Below, in pieces: positions 8,411 through 17,194 of a stretch of DNA of 64,000 nt (position 1 is the stretch's first letter; each line of letters begins with the position of its first letter). A program made the translations under genes and the position numbers. The stretch covers positions 716 to 64,715 of the IMG/VR virus record IMGVR_UViG_3300028833_000126. The stretch is one strand, 5' to 3'. The notes under the pieces are model-generated. The model did not search any database, was not told the origin of the DNA, and saw only the letters and a list, made by a program, of their open reading frames with translations. This DNA is from a virus. Its lineage: Duplodnaviria; Heunggongvirae; Uroviricota; Caudoviricetes.

Positions 8411-8445
8411 TCTACAAGCCTCTACAAGCCTCTACAAGCCCCATC
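8411..8445. repeat. tandem direct repeat CTCTACAAGC x3
   Basis: cctctacaagcctctacaagcctctacaagcc, immediately upstream (in the transcription direction) of promoter copy 5. Confidence 0.6.
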
Positions 8446-8580
8446 ATCCCTTACCAGTATAACTCTACACCTAAAAACTGTACGATTGCAAATTAGGGGC
8501 CTTCTCGAAGCTCACAGAGGCCTTCTAGAGCCATACATCTGACAAATATCAATTCTTTATAAAAAAGAAAGAGGGCATGT

Positions 8581-8793
8581 TTAGCCCCCGATCTTCTTCT
8601 GATGTTCCTCATACTCTTCTCTCTCCTTTTCCACAGAACGCACGGTCGATTCCTTGAGCCCGAGAATGTCTGCAATCTCGATATAGCTGAAACCACGTTC
8701 TCTGAGCTTACGTACAGCTCTCCCGATCATGGTCTGCATCTTTCTCTTAACTGCTGCAATCTTGTTTCTCATTCCAATGATTTCGTTTGCCAT
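8581..8793 (-). CDS. small HTH DNA-binding protein (sigma-r4/LuxR-like)
   Basis: GFSYIEIADILGLKESTVRSV shares the HTH module seen in the RNAP N-terminus and in the 29758 and 30209 genes. Confidence 0.55.
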   Translation of the reverse strand: MANEIIGMRNKIAAVKRKMQTMIGRAVRKLRERGFSYIEIADILGLKESTVRSVEKEREEYEEHQKKIGG

Positions 8794-8834
8794 TGTTTTG
8801 TCTCCTTTTTCAAGTTAAGAATTTAAGGAATTTC

Positions 8835-8863
8835 TTCCACAAATATCCATGAATTCTACGCGT
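8835..8863 (-). promoter_or_regulatory. conserved promoter-like element, copy 6
   Basis: ACGCGTAGAATTCATGGATATTTGTGGAAG. Confidence 0.45.
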
Positions 8864-9090
8864 CCCAAAACAGTAAAAAGAAAGAGCAGACGCAGAATCC
8901 GCGCCCACTCTCTCAATTTTTTACTTCCCATACCTCTTTTCGTTCAGGTCGATAACCTTCTGGATCCGATCTTTCACTTCTTCGAGTTCTTCGCATCTTT
9001 CCCTTACGATCTCGTATTCCTTCTGAGAACCGATCATCATGCTCATGTCCATTCTTCCGACATACTCGCACTTGTCGAGCCGCTCTTCGC

Positions 9091-9324
9091 TTACACCGTC
9101 TTGAACATTTCTTCCTCAAATTCCAAGAGCTCCTCCTTATGAAGAACCCACAGAATATCGTACTTGTCAAGCCCAGTCAAACTAGCAATTTTATCATAAG
9201 AATTGCCCTGCTCATACAAGAGTTTGGCAGTTTCTTCTTTGTGCTTTGGAATAGCCTCGTACTTTTTCTCAGAAATATAAGCCGTCAGCTCAACAATGTT
9301 CGCGAGGGTGAACAGAATATCCAT
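9091..9324 (-). CDS. small HTH-like protein
   Basis: GNSYDKIASLTGLDKYDILWVL HTH-like segment; RBS GGAGATG. Confidence 0.45.
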   Translation of the reverse strand: MDILFTLANIVELTAYISEKKYEAIPKHKEETAKLLYEQGNSYDKIASLTGLDKYDILWVLHKEELLEFEEEMFKTV

Positions 9325-9327
9325 TTT

Positions 9328-9660
9328 TCATCTCCACATCGCCGACATATATTTCGGCTCATACTTAAGACTTACCGTTGTCTTGAAGCCGTACTCAGAA
9401 TCCGTCCACACGATTGCGGGATCACCAAAACTATCGCATCCAAGCACCTCGTCCAGCATATATCCCCGCTCGTCAATCCAGACATAGGCATTATCCCCTT
9501 CAAGACTTACGCTCGGATGGAATCTCTCAGGTATCTCAACATCGATGAATTTGATTATCCCATCTTGCTCACGATTGAGAGAATAGTGCTTCCTCAGCGT
9601 GTAGAACTCCCTCTTGCCATCTCTCGAGAAGTCCTCATGCATAACCAGTGTTACTTTCAT
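9328..9660 (-). CDS. hypothetical protein
   Basis: 110 aa; leader AAAGGAGAAACTGAAATG is shared with the two following genes. Confidence 0.5.
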   Translation of the reverse strand: MKVTLVMHEDFSRDGKREFYTLRKHYSLNREQDGIIKFIDVEIPERFHPSVSLEGDNAYVWIDERGYMLDEVLGCDSFGDPAIVWTDSEYGFKTTVSLKYEPKYMSAMWR

Positions 9661-9771
9661 TTCAGTTTCTCCTTTTTATACTGTTTGTTATAAAATATCC
9701 AATCAATAATGTAGCCAATCCAAGGCATCAGACACACTGCTATCACAAAGGCGGCTGACTCTAAAATATCC
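9655..9771 (-). CDS. possible 38-aa transmembrane peptide
   Basis: MDILESAAFVIAVCLMPWIGYIIDWIFYNKQYKKEKLK with a GGAG RBS; ATGA overlap with the 9328 gene; below the ORF-track cutoff. Confidence 0.3.
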
Positions 9772-9833
9772 ATGACTCCAACATATTGAGCCGCCCAGTT
9801 CCTTATTGCACTTACAATGATCGGCAAGAGCAC

Positions 9834-10181
9834 TTATCTCAACTCCTCAACCCCAGCGCCACTCCGTACCAAATCGCCAATCTTCTCAGCATCAATATGG
9901 TACAGCACAGTCGCCTTCTGCTGATCGATCGTATCAATGCCGTAGGTTGAAATATAAAGCGGGTCAACCACGCCAACTCCGGTCTTGAGCTGAAGCAGTC
10001 TGTAGAAATTCGAGTCAGCAAAGAGTACGATGTAATGCCGATACTCAAATCTCTGATCAGTCCAGTCGTCTTCCGGAGTGTACAGCTTGAATTTCATGAG
10101 AATCAAGTCTCCGGGCTTGTACTTCGGGATTTTGTAGATCTCATCTTCGTGCTTATCAACTTCAGGCAATGTAACTTTCAT
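9834..10181 (-). CDS. hypothetical protein
   Basis: Trimmed to MKVTLPEV preceded by AAAGGAGAAACTGAA. Confidence 0.5.
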   Translation of the reverse strand: MKVTLPEVDKHEDEIYKIPKYKPGDLILMKFKLYTPEDDWTDQRFEYRHYIVLFADSNFYRLLQLKTGVGVVDPLYISTYGIDTIDQQKATVLYHIDAEKIGDLVRSGAGVEELR

Positions 10182-10206
10182 TTCAGTTTCTCCTTTCAAA
10201 TATTGA

Positions 10207-10518
10207 TCACCATAAGTCAATCGTCTTTCCAAAAATCTCCTCCAAGACATTAGATAAACGAACTACATCATTTCGCTCAGAACTTGTATCAACAAAATCA
10301 CTACTTGCTTCATTTATTAGTTCACAAGCATTGTAGTACATCTTGAGGCATCTTTCCAATAACTTAAATTGCTCATTTGTGAACAGAACACCTTTCTCTC
10401 TTATTGCATCATCAACAACTTCTTCAACAGGAATCGGATAATGTTCATATAGCCAACCCTTCTCTTTCCAGTATTCGACAAACGACTCGGCATCGAGGTA
10501 TCTCTTCTCCTCATCCAT
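10207..10518 (-). CDS. hypothetical protein
   Basis: Trimmed to MDEEKRYL preceded by GAAAGGAGAAACTGAA. Confidence 0.5.
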   Translation of the reverse strand: MDEEKRYLDAESFVEYWKEKGWLYEHYPIPVEEVVDDAIREKGVLFTNEQFKLLERCLKMYYNACELINEASSDFVDTSSERNDVVRLSNVLEEIFGKTIDLW

Positions 10519-10554
10519 TTCAGTTTCTCCTTTCAAATATAAAAAGAAAGAGGT

Positions 10555-10571
10555 GATGCTTATTCAGCATC
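10555..10571 (-). terminator. hairpin terminator (GATGC-TTATTCA-GCATC)
   Basis: Followed on the minus strand by CTCTTTCTTTTTATATTT. Confidence 0.5.
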
Positions 10572-10880
10572 GTCCTCAGTCTCCTCGGCCTCTTCGACCG
10601 TCTCTCTTTCTTGAATCTGTTTCAAAATCTTCTTGCAGTTTCTCTTCCATTTGATGTCTGCGATTACCCGCTTAGCATACGGAACGCCGATGAAAACCAC
10701 TGCCATATAGCCAGCAAAGATGTAAAGCCCTCTGTTATAGCTCCAAGCCCTAATATTTTGTGTATCCGCAAGATACTTGGCTGCCTCTTCACGAGAGCGT
10801 CCACCCTTGACGAGCATCTTCGTCAGTGTCTTCTCACCGAGTTTCCAATCGTTTAACTTTTCACCGATCTCATACAACAT
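10560..10880 (-). CDS. membrane protein
   Basis: Trimmed to MLYEIGEKL preceded by TATGGAGGTACATC; TM helix GLYIFAGYMAVVFIGV. Confidence 0.5.
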   Translation of the reverse strand: MLYEIGEKLNDWKLGEKTLTKMLVKGGRSREEAAKYLADTQNIRAWSYNRGLYIFAGYMAVVFIGVPYAKRVIADIKWKRNCKKILKQIQERETVEEAEETEDDAE

Positions 10881-10908
10881 AATGATGTACCTCCATAAAA
10901 ATGATTTT

Positions 10909-10946
10909 GGAAATGATTCCATTATACTGCATGTTATTTACGCGAC
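10909..10946 (-). promoter_or_regulatory. conserved promoter-like element, copy 7
   Basis: TTGTCGCGTAAATAACATGCAGTATAATGGAATCATTTCC. Confidence 0.5.
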
Positions 10947-10957
10947 AAAATATCAAT

Positions 10958-11030
10958 TAGGGGCGAAGGGACTCGAACCCTCAACCAACTGCGTATAAGA
11001 CAGGTGCTCTAACCATTGCGCTACGCCCCG
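10958..11030 (-). tRNA. tRNA with anticodon UAU (reads AUA, Ile-type), phage-encoded
   Basis: Minus-strand cloverleaf: acceptor GGGGCG/CGCCCC, D-arm GCGC-AATGGTTA-GAGC, anticodon stem CCTGT/GCAGT with loop CTTATAC (TAT at plus 10995-10997), T-arm GAGGG-TTCGAGT-CCCTT. A few mismatches, no encoded CCA. Confidence 0.55.
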
Positions 11031-11042
11031 TTATTGACTTAC

Positions 11043-11282
11043 TTATTCGTCTGTCGGGCCTTTAATGTAATCATGCACACGATTCGCTGCCTTTTTAAGC
11101 ATCCAGAACGGAAGCCATAAAGCACCAGCAATGACAACCACGGGCCATGTCACAGCAAATCCAAAGTTGTCTACTTCATCCCACTCGCTATTGTGAATCA
11201 CGCATAAGACAAAGTAGACGCCAAATGCGATGAAAATATAAATCCCCAAGACTATGAGAACGGCTTTACTGCATGTGCTCAT
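11043..11282 (-). CDS. membrane protein (2 TM)
   Basis: 79-aa hydrophobic ORF, translationally coupled to the upstream gene. Confidence 0.5.
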   Translation of the reverse strand: MSTCSKAVLIVLGIYIFIAFGVYFVLCVIHNSEWDEVDNFGFAVTWPVVVIAGALWLPFWMLKKAANRVHDYIKGPTDE

Positions 11283-11686
11283 CCATTATACCTCGTCTTA
11301 TAGTCCGGCCCATTCGATCGCTCATCCTGACGAGCCTTCGTGAGCCACTTCATCTTATCAGCATAATCGTTTGTTTCACTCTGCTGATGGTATATGAATA
11401 TTTTCTCCATAGCCCTGATCGCCTCCTCCACATTCCGTTCCGTAGACCAGCAGTAGTAATATCCAAGGTTGCCCTGAATTACTGCAAACTCATACGGCCG
11501 AACCGTCTCAGCTGAGTATCCGGAATCAAACTCTGCAACCATGATACCATCCGTCCCGACACCAATCTGATAGAATGTGGCCGGGAATGTTTCAAATATC
11601 CATTTCTTCTCCTGGATCCCGGTTTCTGTCTTGCCGCATTCAAGTGTCTTGCGAAATCTGTACAAATATCCTTCAAAGCTTGTCAT
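11279..11686 (-). CDS. hypothetical protein
   Basis: 135 aa, RBS AAAAGAGGTATAAC. Confidence 0.5.
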   Translation of the reverse strand: MTSFEGYLYRFRKTLECGKTETGIQEKKWIFETFPATFYQIGVGTDGIMVAEFDSGYSAETVRPYEFAVIQGNLGYYYCWSTERNVEEAIRAMEKIFIYHQQSETNDYADKMKWLTKARQDERSNGPDYKTRYNG

Positions 11687-11698
11687 GTTATACCTCTT

Positions 11699-12148
11699 TT
11701 AGTTCACATGTTCGACATGAATTGGCTCGGGCAGGCGAATACCCCAGTGAGTTACGCCTTTTGCATTATAGCAATATACATAGGCTGATTGAAGATCGTA
11801 CCATCCCCATTCATAGTCGGTGTACTTTGACATATGATGTGAAATACTCATGTAATCAGCAACCGTTACCATACCATCTTTCTTGAGCTTATCAAGTAAT
11901 TGTCCAAGAACGTTTTCAGCCATTTCTTGGCTCGGATACTCAATAGCTAACAGAGAATAATCGGCATTATAATCTGTATTGTAATCAGCATAATTATGCT
12001 CCCACTTTGGATCAAGTTTGTCCGCGTACATTCTAAGAGCCTTCGCTGCAATTCGCTTTATCGAGCCACGCCTTTTCTCTGCCTCAACAAGCAACATTCC
12101 GAACGTACCAATAGATCCAACGGCAACTCCTGCAAGAAACTTTTTCAT
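11699..12148 (-). CDS. secreted/membrane-anchored protein, paralog of the 40809..41408 gene (shared C-terminal domain)
   Basis: N-terminal signal/TM MKKFLAGVAVGSIGTFGMLLVEA; C-terminus ...YTDYEWGWYDLQSAYVYCYNAKGVTHWGIRLPEPIHVEH aligns with ...YYDWGWTDLSQASIYHYNVKGERVWSIHLPEPMYIDH. Confidence 0.5.
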   Translation of the reverse strand: MKKFLAGVAVGSIGTFGMLLVEAEKRRGSIKRIAAKALRMYADKLDPKWEHNYADYNTDYNADYSLLAIEYPSQEMAENVLGQLLDKLKKDGMVTVADYMSISHHMSKYTDYEWGWYDLQSAYVYCYNAKGVTHWGIRLPEPIHVEHVN

Positions 12149-12172
12149 TTTTTTTTATCCCTTTCTTTTGCT

Positions 12173-12394
12173 TCACGCATTCATTTTAACAATTGTTACT
12201 GCAATGAATATAACGGCAGATGCGCCAGTGATCCCGGTCATAATCATAGATACGATTGAAGCACTCTTATACAGGCTTTCCTTAATCGATCCAGACCTGG
12301 CATCGTCATAGCGATTTTCAAAGAAATCTGAGAGAAATACAAATACTCCGATTGCAAGAATAAAACCGAGCGAACCAAATATCAATTTAATCAT
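12173..12394 (-). CDS. membrane protein
   Basis: 73 aa, two hydrophobic segments. Confidence 0.45.
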   Translation of the reverse strand: MIKLIFGSLGFILAIGVFVFLSDFFENRYDDARSGSIKESLYKSASIVSMIMTGITGASAVIFIAVTIVKMNA

Positions 12395-12585
12395 TTTCCC
12401 TCTCCTTTCATAATCCTATAAAACCCTATCGGACTCGAAGCCGACTTTACTTTCTCAAGCTCTCCTCCACGCATTCGCCAGAGAATATAACTGGACCGCA
12501 TGAGGTCGGATGTAATAGCCCACTTCACACGGCCCTTTTCATCTCGATGCGTCTCCCAGAGCTTCTGACCCTTAGGCGTTTTCAT
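12391..12585 (-). CDS. hypothetical protein
   Basis: 64-aa ORF in the operon, overlapping starts and stops. Confidence 0.4.
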   Translation of the reverse strand: MKTPKGQKLWETHRDEKGRVKWAITSDLMRSSYILWRMRGGELEKVKSASSPIGFYRIMKGEGK

Positions 12586-12962
12586 TGAGAAGATTTTGAA
12601 ACAGACGTGATATCAACGTCGTAAGTGATCTTCAACGGATCTGGATCAGAGGTGGCCGTATTCGTATTCGGAGCGTCGGCTGTGAAAATATAAGGCGGGT
12701 TGAGATTCCAATTCTTGTCGCTGGTTGTCGGATTATACGGCCAATTGATAATTGGCGTATCTTTCGGCACGTACTCCGGCTTCTCATCTTTGAGATCAGG
12801 GAAAACCTCAATTTCTTTCATGACCGTACAGACATAGCCTTTCTCGTCAAACACTGCTCCATCCAGAATTACATCATCTTCACTTACCTCAAACAGTCTG
12901 GCAAGAATATCAATGAGATCAGTCTCATACAGTTTGATCTCAGCTCTATATTTATTCGACAT
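12582..12962 (-). CDS. hypothetical protein
   Basis: Trimmed to MSNKYRAE preceded by TTGATATTTGAAAGGAGAAAAAAG. Confidence 0.5.
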   Translation of the reverse strand: MSNKYRAEIKLYETDLIDILARLFEVSEDDVILDGAVFDEKGYVCTVMKEIEVFPDLKDEKPEYVPKDTPIINWPYNPTTSDKNWNLNPPYIFTADAPNTNTATSDPDPLKITYDVDITSVSKSSQ

Positions 12963-12982
12963 CTTTTTTCTCCTTTCAAATA

Positions 12983-13225
12983 TCAATTATTGTATAATCC
13001 GGCCGCTTTCAGTTTACTTTTCATGCTGTTGATCGCCTGCTGAGCCGCCCCAAGTTCAGCTTTCAGGGATTCGTTTTCGCTCTTAAGTTTAGTCAGAATA
13101 TCAAGGGCATTTTGAGACAGACACTCGATGCAATGCGTTTCATAGTTATATGGGCACTGCCAACAATACTTTGTATCATTAGAGGCAGAACAAAGCCCAA
13201 GGCCTTTCTCTACTTTATCAATCAT
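12983..13225 (-). CDS. Cys-rich zinc-ribbon plus coiled-coil protein
   Basis: CWQCPYNYETHCIEC motif, then a coiled coil. Confidence 0.45.
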   Translation of the reverse strand: MIDKVEKGLGLCSASNDTKYCWQCPYNYETHCIECLSQNALDILTKLKSENESLKAELGAAQQAINSMKSKLKAAGLYNN

Positions 13226-13518
13226 TCCGCATACTCCTTTTTCGCCTGAAGTATGGCCTGTATTGCTTTCTCGTAAAGATTGCTTTCGAATTGTTCAAGC
13301 TTAGCCCAGATATCTTTATTGAGATTCACAAGAGCTTTGTGCTGATGCGGATTTAGTTCTTTAAATAGCATAGTTGTGAATCTTCCAAAAGCTTCCTGTC
13401 GCTCTCTTGCCGTCATGTCTTTTGCTCCGCATCTAGCATGAAAGTATTTGATGACAATATCAATCTGTTCGTCATCAAGCGTGCTGAGAACTTTCAACAC
13501 TTCATCCGTCATTCTCAT
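13222..13518 (-). CDS. hypothetical protein
   Basis: 98-aa ORF, overlapping stop and start. Confidence 0.45.
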   Translation of the reverse strand: MRMTDEVLKVLSTLDDEQIDIVIKYFHARCGAKDMTARERQEAFGRFTTMLFKELNPHQHKALVNLNKDIWAKLEQFESNLYEKAIQAILQAKKEYAE

Positions 13519-13966
13519 ACTCCTTTACTTTCTCTTCGCATGCGATCATCCTCGCTCCGCAATCAGGACAATATTTTACATAACCATGGGCGTTCTTCAC
13601 CGCTTCCCACAGTACCGTGTTTTTATACGTCATCTTCGTGATCGGCTGTTCATCGCAGTTTGAGCAATGAATCCGTCCATCTCGTACGATCCAGCATGCC
13701 GTGATCTCATGCTTCTCTTTGAGTTCAGCGTTGTTGCTCTCGAGTCGGCCAAGAAGTCTTTCAGCAGCCTTCATGATATGCTCTTCATCACAGCTCCAGA
13801 AAGGAACACCGTCTCCACTCTCATCCAAATATCCATATGGACAGTCCTCGCAACGGAGATCTCCGGAATTCTCTGGACAGCACTTAAGTGCGAGTCTAAC
13901 CTCCTCAACTGGATTACGCATCTCCCTTGCAATGAGGATTTCGCTTACATAGCTACTCATCTTCAT
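13502..13966 (-). CDS. Cys-rich zinc-ribbon protein
   Basis: CEDCPYGY...WSCDE...HCSNCDE...YCPDCG Cys pairs. Confidence 0.5.
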   Translation of the reverse strand: MKMSSYVSEILIAREMRNPVEEVRLALKCCPENSGDLRCEDCPYGYLDESGDGVPFWSCDEEHIMKAAERLLGRLESNNAELKEKHEITACWIVRDGRIHCSNCDEQPITKMTYKNTVLWEAVKNAHGYVKYCPDCGARMIACEEKVKEYENDG

Positions 13967-14216
13967 TCTCCTTTTCTTTCTTTAATTCTGTAGGCACAGG
14001 AATGAAAATCGTTTCATCATATCTATATCCGCATCTGACGCACTTATTGCGAACTTTATACATCAGCATCGGACCTCCTGTTGTGTTAACTTCCATGAGA
14101 TACTGCATCTTGAGCCCGCTTGCAGAGTATTGATGATAACCGAGTTCACAGAGCAGTTTACAAATATCAATTTTGGTCGCCATCTTACTCTTCTTTCTCT
14201 TCTCTGTCAAACACAA
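13953..14216 (-). CDS. small Cys-containing protein
   Basis: 87-aa ORF, CKLLCE...VRCGYRY. Confidence 0.45.
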   Translation of the reverse strand: MCLTEKRKKSKMATKIDICKLLCELGYHQYSASGLKMQYLMEVNTTGGPMLMYKVRNKCVRCGYRYDETIFIPVPTELKKEKENEDE

Positions 14217-14601
14217 TCGCAGCCCGACGCTTGCAGCGAGACATTATTAACGAAGACCCGAAACTTAATCCGCCAATGAATGCGGCATTTTTGTTGTCGT
14301 CAATGTTGTTCAAAATGGACTCATATTCTGGAGAGGCGATGAATTTGAGAATCACATCAAATGCATCGTTCATATCGGTAAGCATCATGATTTTAGCATT
14401 TTGCTCATTTGAAATATCAGGTTCATTTGCCCTCTCCGTCGCTCTAGGTTGTAATAAATCAATGACATTAAACGCGTCTTTCATGACTGCATCCATACAA
14501 TATCCTACAGGCGCAGCATCTTGATAAGTGCAGTGGTCGCAGTCGTTTTCGATACAGCATTTAAGACCATCTTTTACGATCTCAGTTTTATTCATTTTCA
14601 A
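14185..14601 (-). CDS. Cys-rich protein
   Basis: CCIENDCDHCTYQDAAPVGYC motif. Confidence 0.45.
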   Translation of the reverse strand: MKMNKTEIVKDGLKCCIENDCDHCTYQDAAPVGYCMDAVMKDAFNVIDLLQPRATERANEPDISNEQNAKIMMLTDMNDAFDVILKFIASPEYESILNNIDDNKNAAFIGGLSFGSSLIMSRCKRRAAIVFDREEKEE

Positions 14602-14866
14602 TGTTCCCCTTTTCTTTGTAAATCGTTTCTAAAGTCTGATCCATGTTTAAAATATCATACCATTCAGGATCCTTCCAATTTATTTCAGCAATAATCTGCT
14701 CTGCAGACTCCTTTACCAGATGCTCTTTACCGCTGCTCATCAAAACATTAGTGCCTCCCATTGGTTTGTCAAGTACATTGTATCTTGTGGCAATGCTCTC
14801 GATATAATCAACGTTTACAAAGAACTCATATCCTCCGGGAAAAGTTGTCAACTTAATGAATTTCAT
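14588..14866 (-). CDS. hypothetical protein
   Basis: 92-aa ORF. Confidence 0.45.
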   Translation of the reverse strand: MKFIKLTTFPGGYEFFVNVDYIESIATRYNVLDKPMGGTNVLMSSGKEHLVKESAEQIIAEINWKDPEWYDILNMDQTLETIYKEKGNIENE

Positions 14867-14881
14867 TTTACCGCATCCTTT

Positions 14882-15091
14882 CTAGCAATCCGAATAATCT
14901 TCTTTGTCGGTATGATATACGCCGCAGTGAAGAGTATTTCCGCATTTCTTGCATCGTATTTCCAAGTCATGATGATCGAATGCATAAACTGCAACAGAGT
15001 TGGACCCGCATTTCCTGCAAGTTATCGCAAACGGATGTTTCTTTTTTGAGTCCATTTTTTTTCTGCCCGCCATCCGACAGCGATTCATCAT
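14882..15091 (-). CDS. zinc-ribbon protein
   Basis: CRKCGSNS...CKKCGNTLHC two CxxC pairs; start codon uncertain. Confidence 0.4.
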   Translation of the reverse strand: MMNRCRMAGRKKMDSKKKHPFAITCRKCGSNSVAVYAFDHHDLEIRCKKCGNTLHCGVYHTDKEDYSDC

Positions 15092-15124
15092 AAGGATTGA
15101 TATAATAAGGATAGATGAAAGCCA

Positions 15125-15703
15125 TTATTCAGTCTCCCCTCTCCACTTTGTGTCCATACGTGTAATTCGAAGAACCCATTGCTTCCATGCTCTCCATTTT
15201 GTATTATAAGCGTCAAGAGTCATGTAACATAACTGACCGTGTCTATCGATGAATATGATCGAATCATCGCACACTTTGCAGATAAGAGTAGGCAGAAGAA
15301 CAGAGCAACCACGCTCTTCAAGCCACACAACAGAAGGGTAAAATAACAGATCATCGGCAGTCCACTTAATCAGTTCATCGAGCTCAAATAACAAGTCCGC
15401 GCCTTTATCTTTTTCTCTTGTTACCTCCCGGATTGCCGCAATCGGGTCAAGCATCGAGTTGATAGACATTTTTTCGGAATATCTTTCAAACTCAGAAGCC
15501 ACATATGTTTCACTCCACATGAATTCCCCGTTGATGCAGGCAATCACATCGTAAACAGGCGTATGAGTTTCAACGTCTGAAGATAACGAAACGTATTCTC
15601 CTGGATGCTCATATGCTTTCAGAACGATTCCCCAATTCTGCACAGGAGACTCAGGGAGCTTGTAACAAACAACATCTCCGACTTTGTATTTGAAATTATA
15701 CAT
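15125..15703 (-). CDS. hypothetical protein
   Basis: 192-aa ORF. Confidence 0.5.
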   Translation of the reverse strand: MYNFKYKVGDVVCYKLPESPVQNWGIVLKAYEHPGEYVSLSSDVETHTPVYDVIACINGEFMWSETYVASEFERYSEKMSINSMLDPIAAIREVTREKDKGADLLFELDELIKWTADDLLFYPSVVWLEERGCSVLLPTLICKVCDDSIIFIDRHGQLCYMTLDAYNTKWRAWKQWVLRITRMDTKWRGETE

Positions 15704-15706
15704 AAC

Positions 15707-16273
15707 TTATTTTCTTACTCCATTTCGAAACATCCTCAAACTCATCATCTTTCGCACGGCTTGTTTGATTCTTTCTGCATGCATTTCTGGGGTGAAATTG
15801 AAAACAGGGCAAACCTGTAAACCAGTAGCAAGATCGACCTGTTCGATTACATCTAATTGTCTGGAGTATCCAGCCTCAATGCCTATGACGATTCTGTTCT
15901 GCCAATCGGTCGGGAATCGCATTTGCATTCTGGGGATGTATCTTCCGAGCTCATATAGACAGATTGGACCAACACTCGTATTACTTGCTGCAAAGAACAT
16001 CGTGAAAATATCCATCTCTTCAAGATGCCGGAATTCCCATTCAATTTGTGCTCTTGCTGAGATGCGGCTTTCTGTGTCAAACTCTTCCCTTCTCGGATTA
16101 TAGATCAGCACATCGTCAGGCAGATCTTTCTCTAAAATATCAATGACTGTCTTTTGCCAGTTTTCGCATCCGGTAATTCCACCGGCAAGAAACACTTTAA
16201 CTGGATCTCCGCTAACCGGCAGTGATTCGACATAAGGATCAAATTCATCAGGTGCTGTAAAGATTAAAGCCAT
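15707..16273 (-). CDS. nucleoside 2-deoxyribosyltransferase-like protein (tentative)
   Basis: KVFLAGGITGCENWQ...IYNP...EWEFRHLEEMDI resembles the Rossmann-like deoxyribosyltransferase/LOG fold signature; a weak call made by eye. Confidence 0.35.
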   Translation of the reverse strand: MALIFTAPDEFDPYVESLPVSGDPVKVFLAGGITGCENWQKTVIDILEKDLPDDVLIYNPRREEFDTESRISARAQIEWEFRHLEEMDIFTMFFAASNTSVGPICLYELGRYIPRMQMRFPTDWQNRIVIGIEAGYSRQLDVIEQVDLATGLQVCPVFNFTPEMHAERIKQAVRKMMSLRMFRNGVRK

Positions 16274-16608
16274 TACTTATTCTCCTTTCTCCACTTTGAA
16301 ATATCAATTCCGGCTTCGCTGAGTTTCTTCTTGCAAAGCCACAACCGATCTTCGTACTCGTTCATCTGATAACGTTCACCAAGCTCCCGGAGTCCGAGAG
16401 AGAAACGCTCATAGAATTTTCTGAGGCGCTTCTCCCCGAACCCAAACTCAGAGTGCAGAATATAAAGAGCCATAGCGTCGAGCTCATCTTCGTTATCACG
16501 ATTCATCTCATCGATTGCGATCTTGGCCATCCGTTCAGCCTCAGCTTCCATGGCCTCACGAATATCATCCGCCATCTTTACTTTTCCAGATTTCACTCGA
16601 GCTTTCAT
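16273..16608 (-). CDS. hypothetical protein
   Basis: 111-aa ORF. Confidence 0.45.
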   Translation of the reverse strand: MKARVKSGKVKMADDIREAMEAEAERMAKIAIDEMNRDNEDELDAMALYILHSEFGFGEKRLRKFYERFSLGLRELGERYQMNEYEDRLWLCKKKLSEAGIDISKWRKENK

Positions 16609-16636
16609 ATAGTCTCCTTAGTTTTTTTAATATAAA

Positions 16637-17194
16637 TTATTTATTGTAAACAACAGTGCTTAAATGCCCCAATGCTTCATAGATACGTTTTGCACATTCA
16701 TCGAGTTGCTTTTCTGCGCATGCGATCTTCTGCATCAGCTTTGCGTTTTCCTCTTCAAAAATGTCACGCTCATTTTTCACTTTATCACGCTGAGCTTCAA
16801 CGTCACGCAATTTATGTCTGAGAAATGCATTTTCATTCTTCAGATCCATATTTTCATTCTTCAGATCCATATTTTCACTTTCTTTTCCAACAAGCATGTG
16901 CCTTAGATTTGAGGCTTCTGCTACGTAATAGGCAGTAAGTATCATCTTGTAGTCCGGCTCATTGCTTTCTTTACCGCCAACTACACTGGAAATATCAATG
17001 TGGTCTATTACCTTAACCTTATCAACTAACTCTGATTCTGACCAGCTATTCCAATTAATGGCTCCTTTGTAGCAAGTCCACAAATCATATAAATATTCAT
17101 TCGAATTCGTAGCTTGCAGATGAACACTAGCAACAATAGCTCTCCATCCATCCTCAAATTTAAGAACATCTCCTACCTTAAATTTCGAATCCAT
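16637..17194 (-). CDS. coiled-coil protein with internal peptide repeat (NENMDLK x2)
   Basis: 185 aa; DNA tandem repeat at about 16840-16880 encodes the MDLKNENMDLKNEN repeat. Confidence 0.5.
   Translation of the reverse strand: MDSKFKVGDVLKFEDGWRAIVASVHLQATNSNEYLYDLWTCYKGAINWNSWSESELVDKVKVIDHIDISSVVGGKESNEPDYKMILTAYYVAEASNLRHMLVGKESENMDLKNENMDLKNENAFLRHKLRDVEAQRDKVKNERDIFEEENAKLMQKIACAEKQLDECAKRIYEALGHLSTVVYNK

Noticed and set aside
8493-8696. 67-aa ORF overlapping the 8581 HTH gene
   Set aside because: Out-of-frame overlap with a supported gene, basic junk-like translation, no RBS.
8849-9170. 97-aa plus-strand and 85-aa minus-strand ORFs over the 8870-9140 gap
   Set aside because: Both are extremely Arg/Cys- or Leu/Phe-biased. 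A 43-aa coiled-coil frame (MDMSMMIGSQKEYEIVRERCEELEEVKDRIQKVIDLNEKRYGK, about 8923..9054) looks more plausible but is too weak to call.
16840-16880. In-frame DNA tandem repeats inside coding genes (16840-16880; 18041-18076) as regulatory elements
   Set aside because: They encode in-frame peptide repeats (NENMDLK x2, IERRH x2) and are best explained as slipped-strand duplications within genes.
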